Assembly (NCBI RefSeq): GCF_018977255.1
Contig: NW_024704742.1
Location: forward strand, 115,880,001-115,944,000
DNA from: Callorhinchus milii
Taxonomy: Eukaryota
Direction of reading: 5' to 3'
Length of the DNA stretch: 64,000 bases
The notes under the pieces: generated by a model
What the model was told of the DNA's origin: nothing
The model's database searches: none
Seen by the model: only the letters and a program-made list of their open reading frames with translations
Shown here: in pieces, positions 39,420 to 53,590 of the stretch
Layout: every line of letters starts with the position of its first letter
Numbering within the stretch: the first letter of the stretch is position 1
Translations under genes and position numbers: made by a program

Positions 39420-39780
39420 TTAATAATAATAAACCTTGCTTTTGACATAGTGCCTTATCACGTCATTGAAACCTCTCAAAGTGCTTCACACAATATACTG
39501 TCAAGAGAAGTGACTGTATATTTTGTGAACGAAACACGGCAGCCGATTGCACACATCAGTGTCCCATAAACAGCCATGGATTGAGTGACCAAATTATTAT
39601 TGTTTTTAAGGGGTTTATTACCCCTGGAAAGTGATCTGCCAATCGACTCTCAACCGGGTTCCTACGTACTGCTCGGTAAACAGAGGATGTGGAGTAAGGA
39701 AACTTGCCTAAGGTTTCACCCTGCCCGGGAATCAAACCTTGGTCCTCTCGTTTACGAGGCGTGTGCTCTAACCAACTACA
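39420..39780 (-). mobile_element. SINE, long subfamily
   Basis: Carries the extra segment ctctgtttaccgagcagta..ggaacccggtt..ccaggggtaat between head and Deu-like body. Confidence 0.85.
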
Positions 39781-40473
39781 GTGAATGCTGTTCCTGGGTG
39801 AACTCACAGCTGGACTGGTGTATTTTTTCAATCATTATGGACAATGATTCCTTTTAATGCTATGGAGTGATTTGAGTATTTGGAGCGACTTGGGAGCAGT
39901 AGCACATTTGTTTGAGGAATTGTTTGATGTTGCATAAAAGACGGGTTGATTAATGATGTCTGAATGGAAAGGATTTCAGTGGAGAAGACATTAAAACCTT
40001 ATTTGGAATGGAATTCTTGGAACTTATCTAAATGACCATTGAACACGAAAAACGTTTGAAAAATGTTTGAAAAATGTACTGATTTGTACCTCGACAAGCA
40101 TGGCATAAAATTTACTCAATTCCTCCGCACTATAATGCGTAAAACATTTCATTATAAAACAACGGAAGATTCTAAATACGTTATGTTTTTAGGATTAAGA
40201 CAATTATCTTAAAATTTAACATTGTGTAAAATTTTGGAAAACAACCTTAAGTTCGGGTACTCATTTTCTGCAGTACTGAAAAAAAAATCAGCTTCCAAAT
40301 TGAGATTGAAGTTGAGACTCTGTGGAATTTTGGATAACAATCTTAAATTTTAAGACAATGTTAAGATTACTCAAACAGTGTGTGTTGCATGCGGATCTTT
40401 TGCCCCTAGAATTTGAGTACATCTTCTCAGGGAAAGCCAAAGCAGTCAAGTCACTGTACTTGTACTTGTACCA

Positions 40474-40892
40474 TAATAATAATAATCCTTGCATTTGATA
40501 TTAGCACATTATCACTTTGCAGCATCTTGGGACATCCTCCTGACGTGAAAGGAGCTATACAAAGGTAATTTGTTGTTGTTGTTGTTGTCGGTGAGAGTCT
40601 CAAAGCGCTTCACAGAATATACTCTACAGAATTGAGTGTGTATTTTGTGGGCGAAATGCTGTAGCCTACAAACAGTCGTGGAATGAGTGACCACATTTTG
40701 TGGGGGGGAGGGATTCTTACCCCCAAAAAGTGATCCGCCAATCGACTAACAACTGGGTTCCTACTTACTGCTAGGCCTACAGAGGCATGCGGAGTAAGGA
40801 AACTTGCCTAAGGTTTCATCCCACCCAGGAATCGAACCTGGGTCTTCTCGCTTTCGAGGTGAGTGCACTAACCACTATGCTACAGGACTCCA
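40474..40892 (-). mobile_element. SINE, long subfamily, with an L2 tail (about 40515-40590) inserted in its 3' end
   Basis: Head at 40800-40892, extra central segment, tail split by an opposite-strand cttgggacatcctcctgacgtgaaagg..(TTG)n piece. Confidence 0.8.
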
Positions 40893-42634
40893 CTATACTA
40901 CCATTATTACACCAAAGGGCTTACAGATCGCATTCTCTACACAAACTCTATTGCAACTCATCAAATTCAAATCTCTTAATACTCTATCAGGCTGCCTTGT
41001 CAAGGAAATCCCAAGTGTTTTCTTTAAAAATGATTACAATTTTTTTCAGATGGAAAAAAAGCAAACCAAGACTGGAATTTCCTGGTGCCTCAGGCATACC
41101 AAAATACACCACAGTGTACTAACACTGCCGCTCTAGGTATTCCTTCTGGTATACACACTGACATCTGCAGGATTTTATGTTCATGTAGGGACATTCTGTA
41201 CTGTATATGCTGATTTTTGGAGTCCTATTCTATAACTCAAAGCTCTGAGTTGCTATAACCACATTTGGGCAAAAGTCTTGAAATACAAGCACATTTACAG
41301 AGAGTGAAGGACATGTTAAAGAAAATGCTGTGCAACTTATAGCTTACTAAATGGCCTGCTGGTTTTAAATTATGTGCAGAAAGTGTTACTTATGCATCAT
41401 AAACTCTTGCAGGATCTACATGCTAATAACTGGGAAACTCACAGCAGGCAACATGCAAGCTCATATCCTGCATAGGTTAAAGGTTGCCTGGCAAACTACT
41501 TCATTGTGCTGCTTGTCATCTGGTGGACCACCCATTGTGAAAAATACTTTATTTCAGCAGTTTCATTCATAAAAAAATTAAGGGTAAAGAACACTTTTGT
41601 TTCTTTATCACACTTGAAGACAATAAGTGCTTTTTTCAGTGAACACCCAGCTATTTCTGCTGCTATATATTCTCAAATTAATATCTGTGCATTCTGCATT
41701 GTATAATAATTCATACGTTTGTGAATGAAAACAATGACCAAATACAGGGAGAAGTTGCTTGCAGAGATTATCGATCTCTTTCAAAGAGCCAGCGCAGACA
41801 TGACGGGCTGAATATAATAATAATAATCCTTGCATTTCATATAGCTCTTATCACATCTTCTAGACGCCTCAAAGCGCTTCACAGAATATACTGTAAAGTG
41901 AATTAACTGTACATTTGTGCCCGAAACAAGGCTGGCAATTGCATATAGCAGAATAGCGGCTATGGTGATAATATCACAGGCGGATGTGAGATTATCACTG
42001 GTGATAATTATCAAATCACACACAACATACACCTCTCTCTCCCCCACTACCCCCCCACCCCTACCTCCCCCCACTCCCCACCTATACATTTCTGTCGCAC
42101 TCTGTTTTCTATCTTTCCTGTTATCGTGAAAAATAGCTAAGAAAAAGGTTATCACTATCTAACATCTGATTAGAATCTTTTCATCAGTTTCTGATAAATC
42201 TGTGGACCGTAGGAGACCGAGTAGCAATTAAAGGGATGTTTATGTTAATGTAATGGGCTCACTCTGCATGGCACTGTAGAATGTTCTCTTGATCATAGCA
42301 ACTCTAATCTTGCTCAGTGGTGCATTGGCCATCTGGTGGGTGTATGTGTACCACAGGCCAGGAGATAACAATGGGATAACATGGAGTAAATTATATTGTG
42401 AGTAATCTGGAACTGGTGTTCAGTTACGAGGCTATAATCTGAAGGCTCAATGTCAATCATGTCATAAACTCAAGGTTTGATTCCAGCCTTGAACTCACTC
42501 ACTGATATGTTCTATATGTAGAATATAGACTGTTTGCATATTTAGGCATTTTCTTGTGCAAAACTTTAAAAAAATTAAAAATATAATTTTTTTAAAAAAA
42601 AACCTAAAATACAAAGTGAGAGAGAGAGGAGGGA

Positions 42635-45600
42635 ATGGCAGGGCAGGTGATGTGCGAGGACTGTGGTATGTGGGAGTTGATGGAGAGCAATCTGAGCCCG
42701 GGTGACTTCATCTGCAGCAAGTGTCTGCAACTGAGGAAGCTCCAGCTCAGAGTAGCGCAGTATTAGGGAAAGTGAGAGCATCCTGGAGCCAGTCACTACC
42801 CTGAGGCTCAGGGAACGTATAGATTACATTACTAGTCAGGGACAGGACAGGGTGACTAACAGTCAGGCAGGTAAGGGGACCCCAGAGAGAGTGGCGGAGA
42901 AGTCCCAGGCTTTAACCTTCTTCAACAGGTACGAGATACTTGTAACCTGTGTGGACAAGGAAGCCTGTGAGGAGGCTGGGCAAACTGACTCCCAACACCT
43001 CTATATTGGAGGCCACACATGTGGGGGGAGATAGACAGAATTTAATTGTAATTGGGGGGGTGCGAGACTTTCAGGAGGACAGACACACTTCTCTACAGCC
43101 GCAACCAGGAGACACAAAGGCTCTGTTGCTTCCTGGGGCCAGGGTGAAGGACGTCTCTTCAGGGCTGGAGAATAACTTGATGCAGGGGGGGAAGGATCCA
43201 ATTGTGGTAATCTGCATAGGCACCAACGACATAGGTAGTATTAGTAGGGATGACTTGAGGAATGAGTTCAAGGAATTGGGAATTAAATTAAAAAGTAGAT
43301 CGTCCAAGGTAATAATATTGGGATTGCTGCCTCAGCCATGTGCAAATTGGTACAGGCACAAACAAATTAAAGAATTAAATGCGTGGCTGAAAGAGTGGTG
43401 CGGAGGGCAGGGGTTTCATTTTATGGGCCACTGGCACCAGTAATGGGGGAAAAGGGAGCTATTCAATAAAGAAGGGCTCCACCTAAACCAGGTTGGGACC
43501 AATGTCCTGGCAAAACGAATAAATAGGGAGGTAGGCAGAGCTCTAAACTACTAAGTGGAGGGGTGGGGGGGAAGGAAGGTTACAGTTACAGTTAGAAGTA
43601 AACCAGCAAAACTAAGAACGATGAAGGTGGTAGAGCAGATTAATGAGGGAGATAAACAAAATGTGTTAAGGAGGGACAAGAAGCTCAGCAAAGAAAATAG
43701 GGCATTAGCGAGTCGGGGAAATAGCAAGAAGTCAAAATTAAAGATAAGATAGATTAATTAATGGCACAAATAGAAACAAACAGGTATGATCTAGTAGCCA
43801 TTACTGAGATGTGGTTACAGGGAGATCAAGTGCGGGAGCTAAACATTCCGGAGTATTCAACGTATAGCAAAGATAGGCAATGTGGAAAATGAGGTGGGGG
43901 GGGGGGTAGCCCTGCTAATAAAGGATGAGATAAAAACAGTAGAGAGGAAGGATTTTAAATCAGAAAATCAGGATGTAGAGTCAGTATGGGTGGAATTACA
44001 AAATAACAAGGGGCAGAAAACAATAGTGGGAGTAGTTTATAGACCCCCGAACAAAGTTACAGTACTGCGCAGAGTATTAACCAGGAGCATGTAGCAAAGG
44101 AAATACACTAATAGTATTAGAACTAAAATTGTCAAAAGTAAGATAGAGGAGCAGTTTATAGAATGCATTAGAGATAGTTTTCTAAATCAGTATGCTGAGG
44201 AACCAACTAGGGAACAGGCTATCCTAGATCTTGTTTTGTGTAATGAAATAGGGCTAATCAGCAATCTGGAAGTTAAGGCTCCTCTAGGGCAGAGTGACTA
44301 TAACATGATGGAATTTAACATTAAGTTAGAGAGTGACGTAGTTAAGTTCAAACAAGGGTCTTAATTTTAAATAGAGCCAACTTTGCAGGTATGAGAGAGG
44401 ATTTAGCTAAAATAGATTGGGGAATTAGATTAAAGGATATGACAGTAGACTAGCAATGGCAAACTTTTAAAGATATAGTACATAATTCCCAGCGATCACA
44501 TATTTCTTTGAGGACTAAAAATACCATGGGAAAAGTGGTTCAACCATGGCTAACTAGGAGTAGTTAGGGAAAGAAAAAACCAAAAGAAGAGACACATAAT
44601 ACTGCCAAAAAGAGCAGTAAACCCGAGGTTTGGGAGGGCTTCAGAGACCAACAAAGAAAAACTAAGAAACTGATTAGGGGAGAGAAAATGGATTATGAGG
44701 GCAAACTAGCTGGGAACATAAAGACTGTAAAGACAAGACATAAAGACAAGAGTTTTTACAAATACATAAAAAGGAAGAGACTATCAAAAGTGAATGTGGG
44801 TCCATTATAGGCAGAGACAGGAGGAATTATAATGGGGGATAAAGATATGGCAGAGTCATTAAACAAGTAGTTTGCTTCTGTCTTGTTAGAAGATACTGAA
44901 AACTTACGAAAAAGAGAGGGGAACCAAGAAGCTAATGTTAGTGAGCAACTTAGGGAAATTAACATCAGTAAAGAATTACTGATTACTCCGCTCCCCGATC
45001 ACCCCAGTCCTTGCCAGACTGCACTGGCTGCCTGCCCAGAGAGGATTGACTACAAGATCCTCACCCTTGTCTTCAAATCCCTCCACTCCTCTGCACCCCC
45101 CTACCTCTCCGACCTCCTCTCTCCTCACAACAGTGCCCGTTGCCTTCGTTCCACTTGGTCTGGCCTCCTCCTCGTCCCCTGAGTCCTCCGCTCCACCCTC
45201 GGCAGCCGTGCCTTCAGCCACTATGACTTGAGGCTCTGGAACTTCCTTCCTCACTCCCTTCGTCTCGTCCCCTCTCTTCCTATTTTCAGATCTTGGCTGA
45301 AGAACTTTCTTTTTGACCGCGCCTTTGGTCACCTTCCTCCCCATCCCCCTGGCTCGGCTCCGGGATCCATTACTGTGAAGCGCTCTGAGACGTTGTCTGG
45401 CGTGGAGGGTGCTATATAAATCCAAGTTGTTGTTGTTGAAATGGTACTAGGGAAACTGCTGGGATTGAAAAATGACAAATCCCCTGGACCTGATGGCCTG
45501 CATCCAAGGGTTTTAAAAGAGGTGGCTGCCTTGTTTTTGATCTTCCAAAATGCTCTGGATTCTGGAAAGGTTCTCATTGATTGGAAGATCGCAAATGTAA

Positions 45601-47010
45601 CACCACTATTTAAGAAGGGTGGGAAAGAGAAGATGGGGAACTATAGACCAGTCGTCTGACATTGGAGGTAGGGAAAATTCTAGAATCCTTAATTAGGGAC
45701 GTAGAAGTGAGGTGCTTAGAAGGCCATAACATGATTAGGCAGATTCAGCATGGCTTTACAAAAGGGACGTCATGCTTAACAAATCTTTTAGGATGTAACT
45801 AGCAGGTTAGATAAGGGTGAACCAGTTGATGTAGTGTATTTAGATTTTCAGAAGGCATTCGACAAGGTGCCACATAAAAGTCTGCTACACAAGATTAGGG
45901 CCCATGGAATTAAAGGCAATTTATTAGCATGGATTGAAGAGTGACTAACGGGAAGAAAACAGAGAGCAGGGATAAACGGGTCCTTCTCAGATTGGCAAGA
46001 TGTGACTAGTGGAGTGCCACTTGGGCCTCAATTATTTACAATCTATATCAATGACCTAGATGAGGACATAGAATTTAAAATATATAAATTTGCGGATGTT
46101 ACTAAGCTAGATGGAAAAGTAAGCTCTGAGGATGACACAAAAAGATTGCAAAGGGATATAGATAGGCTTGGTGAGTGGGTAAGAAGGTGGCATATGGAAT
46201 ATAATTGGGGAAGTGTGTGAAGTTATTCACCTAGGTAGTAAAAACAGAAAAGCAGATTATTTTCTAGAGGTAGATTAGATAGTGTTAGTGTTCAGAGGGA
46301 TTTGGGTGTTCTTGTACACCAGTCACAAACAGTTAGTATGCAGGTACACAAAGCAACTAGGAAGGCTAATGGCATGTTGGTGTTTATTGCAAAATGGTTA
46401 GAATACAAGAGTAGGGAAGTCTTGCTGCAACTGTATAGGGCCTTGGTGAGACCGCACCTGGAATATTGTGTGCAGTTTTGATCTCCTTATTTAAGAAAGG
46501 AAATACTTGCCTTAGAGGGGATGCAGCATAGATTCACCCGTTAGTTCCTGGGATGAGGAGTTGACCTATATATAGTTGAGTAAACTAGGCCTATATTCTT
46601 TAGAATACAGAAGAAGTAGGGGTGATCTTATAGAAACCTATAAGATTCTTATAGGGCTTGACAGAGCATACAGTGTGAGACTGTTTCCCCTGGTAGGAGA
46701 ATCTATAACTAGGGGTCACAGTCTTAAGATTAAGGGTCAGCCTTTTCGAACAGAGTTGAGGAAACACTTCTTCACTCAGAGTGTAGTGAATTTATGGAAT
46801 TCTCTACCCCTGAAGGTTGTAGCTGCTCAGTCCTTGAACATATTCAAGACTGAGATTGATAGATTTCTAAAGGATAGAGGGATTAAGGGATATGGGAAAG
46901 TGGCGGGCAGATTGAGTTAGATTAGAAGATCAGCTATGATCTTATTGAATGGCGGGGCAGACACAAGGGGTTGAATGGTCTACTCCTGCTTCTAATTCCT
47001 ATGTTCCTAA
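42635..47010 (+). mobile_element. Near full-length degenerate CR1 LINE (ORF1 zinc finger + SGNH esterase; ORF2 APE endonuclease + RT), interrupted by an L2 fragment
   Basis: ORF1 starts MAGQVMCEDCGMWE...FICSKC and contains LLPGARVKDV...VVICIGTNDIG. Endonuclease motifs GGGVALLIKD and VGVVYRPP. RT-region motifs KSPGPDGLHPRVLKE, YINDLDE..KFAD and FFTQSVVNLWNSLP. CR1 3' tail ttcctatgttccta. Many stops and frameshifts. Confidence 0.92.
44984..45437 (+). mobile_element. L2 3' fragment inserted in the CR1 at 42635-47010
   Basis: ITPVLARLHWL..ERIDYKIL; RLWNFLP; (GTT)n tail. The CR1 reading resumes directly after. Confidence 0.9.
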
Positions 47011-47749
47011 AGCAGATGTTGACAGAGCCTATTGATGTTAAGGAGCACCACACCTATGATGTATCATAATATTTCCAAAGAGTATCAATACCTTGTGAGA
47101 TATTCAATTGATTTTGCAAGAATTATAACTTTGCTTGTGGCATTTTTATGTATCTTTGAATTCATAAAAACATTGTTTAACCCCACATAAAATACTTTTA
47201 ACATGTTCTAAAAAAACACATTTTTTATCGTAAAATCCCAGCAAAACGACAATTTACTATGAACTCCGAAACATCACACTTAAACAGATGTAGAAAATTT
47301 CATAGTTTTAAAAACAAAAAGGCTTATAATTATTTGGGGATGGAAATTCTCCTAAATAAAATAAACTGAATACCGGTCAGTTTCTGTATGTGATGGAAGA
47401 TTGCTGAGACGGCAAGACAGTCACACTTGAGTTGGGCCATTTAAAGCTTTGATGGAGACAGAATATTTAAAAATACAGTGATATTTTAACACGCAAGTCT
47501 TAGGTGAGGTTTTGTGGAAAAAATTCAAAAGGGCAAATGAAGTGTATGACCGATTTTATTTGGGGAAATTGTTGGCCAGGGCATCAGGAGAAACATAGAA
47601 GAATTTTTATCCACTAACCATACAATGGATTCCTGTCTGGGTAGAACTTATTGCATTAGTATTTCCTTCACGGAACATAAAATATCCTTTGCCACAAGGG
47701 CTGCAGTGATTTAAAGAGAATGCTTATCCAACCTTCTCAGTGAATATGG

Positions 47750-47975
47750 GCAACAGAATCATAGAAATTATACAGTCCAGCAAATTTGCACTACCCTCAG
47801 AGCGAGCTGTTTTTTAATCCCACGCCTGGGCTATTTCCGTACCCCTTCAACCCTCTAAATATCGTATACCTGCTTACTTCCCTCTTGAAACCCACAATGT
47901 CCTTTGCCTCTACCATCTTAATTGGTAGGGCATTCCACATCCCAACAAATCTCTGTGTGAGAAAAATTCTTCCAG
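47750..47975 (-). mobile_element. CR1 3' fragment
   Basis: RIFLTQRFVGMWNALPIKMVEAKDIVGFKRE...GLKGYG followed by a ctatgattc tail. Confidence 0.75.
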
Positions 47976-50839
47976 GTTTCTTCTGATGCCCTGGCCAACA
48001 ATTCCCCCAAATAAAATCGGTCATACACTTCATTTAAATAGTCATCAATTCACATATAACACCCGAAGCTCCCCTCCCATCCCCTGAATCATTTAATGTT
48101 AGTCCACTATGGTGTACTGTTAAATAATGCAAGTGTTGGCCTTGCCTACAATAACAATGGTAATCTCCAGAATGGCTACTCACTTAGCCTTAACATGTTG
48201 GTCTGAGTGTTTTAAAACATCAAGAACCATGGTATAATGTTAAAATGTTTTATTTTGAGCTAGTTTGAATCCATGTAAATGCAAGCATTTTCTGGTAAAA
48301 GTTTACTCTGTAATCAATGATATATTCAATGGTATATAGTTCAATTCCAATGAACACATTATTGCCAAGAAATATTTATAGATCGGCTTTCTATCAGCTC
48401 TTGGTAAAAATATGCTATTTGCAGGCCTTTCTACCTCATCCCATATATTATTCACTCAGTGACCCTCTTGAAACAAATGCACTAAACACTTAATAAAACA
48501 TGTGTTTATAGTTGAGCAATTAGAAAGTAAAAGTGAGGAGCATATAACAGGAATTGAGAATTGTAGTCTGCATTATAACAATTTTTGCTTGGCTTGTTGA
48601 CAAAACTATGTTTTTTCATACATGCAGCCAATTACAAATACGATTTCCAACACGGAACATATTCTTACACTTAAATGATTCTTTTGAGGATTTTGTTTTC
48701 CCAGTGCTTCCATTTCATCTAACATTAGTCTCTCAGAGGCCAGTACTCTCATGAGGAAGTCACCCTTTAGTAAATTGTTCTAAAGTGAAGTAACCGGTGC
48801 TAAAAAATAGAGATGCAAGTTGCAACAAGGGTTTGTTCATTGTTCCTTATACAAACAAAATATAAGGATATAAATAGCCCTAAAACTGTGCCTATATGAG
48901 TTAGTGGAGTATTCTGGAATGATACTCAGTCCTTGAAGGATTTAGGAGTTTAAGGAACATTAGGTTCTAACCTTCACAAATCCTCTTGGAGTCTAACGCT
49001 TGAATGAATTAAGTGGATTTGTAAATGTATTTACAGCTTCATTTGCTTTAGAGAGAATGTGGGCTTTCTTCTACGAAAAAAATCCTCATTACACAGAGTT
49101 ACACACTGGTCAGAAAGAGTTTTGTTTGGACTATAAAAGAGTAAATTTGCACTTTCATGCAATATTGTGGGAGGTCTCACTATGCTTTTTTAAACGCTTT
49201 TGTTTGCAGGGATCCACAAAAGGCATTCTGTGATTTTCTGTGACAAAATTCCTAAATTACTCAAACAATAAAGTTACTGAGAGAAACCAACTGAAGTTTT
49301 CTTTTAAGTGTTAGGGGTATTCCCTTTCAGTGTAATTTATATCTATGATGAGTGTCTTTCTTCTGTTTAAAGGTAATTGTTTTATGTTCCTTGCACAGGG
49401 TAAATCTTCTCTTCTTCATTCTGACAATTTGAGGAAAACATTTCTTTTTAAATTGCTATTTAAAATTGGTCAGTTCAACTGCATGCTGGTCAGTCAATGT
49501 TTTCTTCTAAAGTTAGAGCTTGCCCTTCATGTTTAACCTTGTTTTGATGTTGCACACTTTAAACATGATTATGGAACTACATGATTCCTACATTCACCTT
49601 CAGGGCTGTCATTCTGGAATATCCAATTGTTATTCTGAATGTCTTTAAAATACAACAGAAAACATTTTAAAGAAAATATGTCAACTTTCTAATTTCAGTT
49701 GCTAATTACAATAATTACATGGGCCTTATAATATAAGTTCAGAAAGTCTGCCTGGAGGGAAAGGTGATATACTGTTGGGATTTTTTTAAAAAAAGAACAC
49801 AGAGCTTATCTTGGATTGTGAGACCTGGTAAAGAAAGTCTGCATAGATCAATGTGATTTAAGCAACCTTGAATCACTGCCAGAAAACATTTTTGTTATGT
49901 AGTTACTTAGTGAAATGAATCAAGATTATCAAACAACACAATCGTCTGACACATGGTGTTGGATGCAATTAGGTTGCACTTGCAGATCGCTTATCCCTCT
50001 CAAAAACTCACAAAATATGGGACTGGGTAATCCAAATTCAAACAGTGCATGAGTAAGCATGGGATTCATATTAAATTTCATTGATATCAAGGCAAGATGA
50101 GCAACCCATCATAAAATTCCTGCAATATTTTCATTAAATGTTATTCCAGATAAAATTTATTACCAGGGATTTTTTGTTTTTGCCTTTTTCTGTGTCTTGC
50201 AAAACAATTATTTACTTTGTGAATAAAACAGCAGAAAATGCAGAAGATAAAATGAAGATTGTGTTTTCAGTGCAACGATTCCTTTTAGCACCAGAGCTGA
50301 GAAAATCAATGGGTCAGTGGGTCGGAAAGCTGTGCTCTACCGAAGCTTGATCCAGTGGTTGAAAGAGTAGTGAATGTGGTGAAAGTTTTGTAATGAGTGG
50401 TCTTAACTGGTGATTTGAATTAAACTCAGAAGCTAGTTATGATTTGCAAATGCGGAAACAATTTAGAAGTGAATTTGATTCAAATTCAAAGAGTTTATAA
50501 GCTCATTCATGTACCATACCTTGGTAATAGATATGTTAATTGGAAAGTGAAAAAGACTGAAGGAGTCCGCATGAGAAACAGCTACATCACACATTAGGGT
50601 CTAATTTGCAAAATGATTTATATGTAGCAAATCCTGGATCTATTGTATTCAACCCTCCAGAACTCCACTTGATCACTGGCTTTACAGAAGTTGACACTGA
50701 GATTGGTATCGATGCAGAATTCCAGCGATTTGACCATCGGACTGGGATTCACTGTTTACAAATCCTATAGCGAATCTCATCAATTAGATTAACATGCTCT
50801 TTACTACAAAATTAAAATTTTGTAGTAAAGAGCAAAATG

Positions 50840-51200
50840 AATCACATTATAAGAGGGATGAATTACGAGAAAGACTAGCTAAATTAGAACACTTAATCCT
50901 TGGAAAGACTTTGCTTAGAGACAACCTTGTAGAATATAGAATACATCAACAACTTGCATTTATATAACTCCCTTCATGCAAGTAGTGTCTCTTATAAAAT
51001 ATATAAGATGCTGAATAATATAGAGTATTTAAACCCAGAACAATATTTTCTGATGTGTATGGTTGAGATAAGAGGTTTCAGAGTTGTAAAAGGTCATTGT
51101 AGGACAAATATTAAGATGTATTTTCTTTATATAGAGGGGAAATCAATGGTTGCAATGGGTTGCTAGCTGGATACCAGGATGCCGGGCTGAGTTAGGAAAC
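50840..51200 (+). mobile_element. Degraded CR1 3' fragment
   Basis: GMNYEERLAKL-like segment and later KGHCRTNIKMYF. Confidence 0.55.
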
Positions 51201-52559
51201 AATTTGATGTGGGAATGAGACACAAAGAGTGTAACAGGGTCTAGGTAGATGAGGTATTGGTTCCCATTCCAATAGTAATAATGAGAACTGATAAAACACA
51301 ACTGATGCATTTGCAAGTTAGAGAACTGGATATACAGTGAGCAGTGCTGAAATAACTGATTAACTCAAGTGAAAAAGCAGAATAACATATTGAGGGATAT
51401 GGGAAAGACAAAAGCAACAACAATTGCAGGAATGGCTGAATGACTTCCTTTTGTGCTTAAACATGCTCTGATTCTACAAAGGGCTTCATCGTGAATCGAA
51501 ATAAACTGTTTTTAAATAGTAATAATATTTGATAGCAACTTATCATGTTGAAACGTTTCACAGTAATTAGGGTTAAGTGTAGGGACTGTATTTATAGGAA
51601 AATGCAGCAGCCAATATGGTCACAGCATTGTTCCACAAACAATCATGAAATGAACGATAGATAAAACTGTTGAGTGGGACAGTGAGAAATTCATTTCTCT
51701 TTTCAAATAGAGTCAAAAACATGTGAGACGATGTGAAACAAGTAGACAGCCTTCATTTAAGTTCGCATCTCTGACAAAAGAGCCCATGTCTTCGTTCATT
51801 GCGTGAGCTCTTTATTCAACAGATGTGAAGAACATTTTGTTGGAAAAATAATTCAAGTTTAATTTATTTTTAATAGGGATTATTAAAAGCATAGGGAGTG
51901 CTTTAGTGCTAACATTATCATACAAACTACACTTGCTCACTCTGTGTGGGTCTGGTCAACATCTTGAAAACCACATTAACAAGGATTAAATTTCTCAGAG
52001 AATTACAGCTTTCATCAGTGACTCGTGGAACTAGTGTAAATATTGAGTCCAGGACTCAACGCAGACAAAACTGTTTAAGATGTTGTAATGTTTTGTTAAA
52101 GTTGGTGTTGGCTGCTATTTCTGAAGAAATATCGCTCTTGTCACATCCGTTCTATGCAACAGACCATAAACCACCTGAGCACAGCAGATTTGCTGCCACA
52201 GTCAGAGATGGAGAAATAGTTGCATGCCACTTAATAGATTTCATATTGGTTTTGGCTCCAATGTTCATCATAATTCCATTTCTAAAAATTCTGATTGATC
52301 AGATACAGGTGTTATTACAGGTAGCATTTGGTTCAAATATTTGAGTAAAGTTAGATATGATACAATCAGAAGTCCACCAGGTAAAGGGAGGAAAGAGCAT
52401 TCTCAGTACTGGATGGTAGACGACACACACAAGGATAGTTTGTTGCTAAATTCAGGTTGTGCAGCCCATAACCCACATCAACTAGAAAATTGGCAGTAGA
52501 GGAGAAATGTGTAAATATTAGTGTTTCAGGGGAATATGTTTTCTTAAAGTTTTCTTAAA

Positions 52560-52672
52560 GCCCTCCACCCCTCCTGATCCCAACTCAGGTGTGGATTCTT
52601 GACTGTCCAGTGCCTTGGGAAATCCTCCTGATGTTAAAAGCGCTATACAAATGTAATTTGTTGTTGTTGTTG
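52560..52672 (+). mobile_element. L2 3' tail
   Basis: ccttgggaaatcctcctgatgttaaaagcgctatacaaatg followed by (TTG)n. Confidence 0.75.
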
Positions 52673-53223
52673 AGGTTAACTTACTATTGTTTATTAGGAA
52701 TTTATATACATTTTAGTATAGAAATATCTCAAACTTTTAACAACATAATGGTGTAGTCAAGCAAGGAAAGATTGAAAGTTATTGACCAAAGGCATAACTG
52801 ACAAGATACATTTTAAGGTGGAACTTGAAGGTGGGGATAAAGGAAGTGTTTTTTGGATGCGGATATGAAATCTTGAGTAGAATGCATTGAACTACAATGC
52901 CCAAGTACTAATTTTGGCTTCCAGCTGAAATGATTTATGTTCTGAATGTTCTCTGCAAAAATAATGGAAAAGTCAGCAAATGGGTGTTACATCCATTTAT
53001 ACAGGGCAATGATCGATAAAGAATCCTCTGACACCCATAGTTTGAAAATGATTCATGATAAATAGCAACAGAAGATATTAATGTTGGTGAATCCAACTTT
53101 CCATATCAGTGTCCAGGTTTTTTCCCTTTTTTTCTTGAATAACATGGATTTTCACATGTATCACCATTTCAGGTTTTTCCTAAGCATTTCTTAATGGTCC
53201 ACCAGCTGCCTCTTGCTGGGACA

Positions 53224-53590
53224 TGGAGTCCTGTAGCTCAGTGGTTAGAGCACTCGCCTCACAAGTGAGAGACCTGGGTTCAATTCCCGGCAGGGTGAAA
53301 TGTTGGCCAGGTTTCCTTACTCCACACGCCTCTGTTTACCGAGCAGTAAGTTGGAACCCGTTTGTTTGTTGATTGGTGAATCGCTTGTCCAGGGGTAATA
53401 AATCCTTTTAAAAAATTTGGTCACTTCAATCCACAATTGTTTGAGTGATACTGCTGTGCGCAATTGGCTGCCACGTTTCGCCCACAAAATATACGGTCAA
53501 TTCACTTTACAATATATTCTGTGTTGCTTTGAGATGTCTCAAAGAGGTGATAAGGTGCTATATCAAATGGAAGGATTATTATTATTATTA
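53224..53590 (+). mobile_element. SINE, long subfamily
   Basis: Head with A/B boxes, extra central segment, Deu-like body, (ATT)n tail. Confidence 0.88.

Noticed and set aside
51946..52344. 132-aa ORF
   Set aside because: GTG start, no recognisable domain and no splice support; likely a chance ORF.
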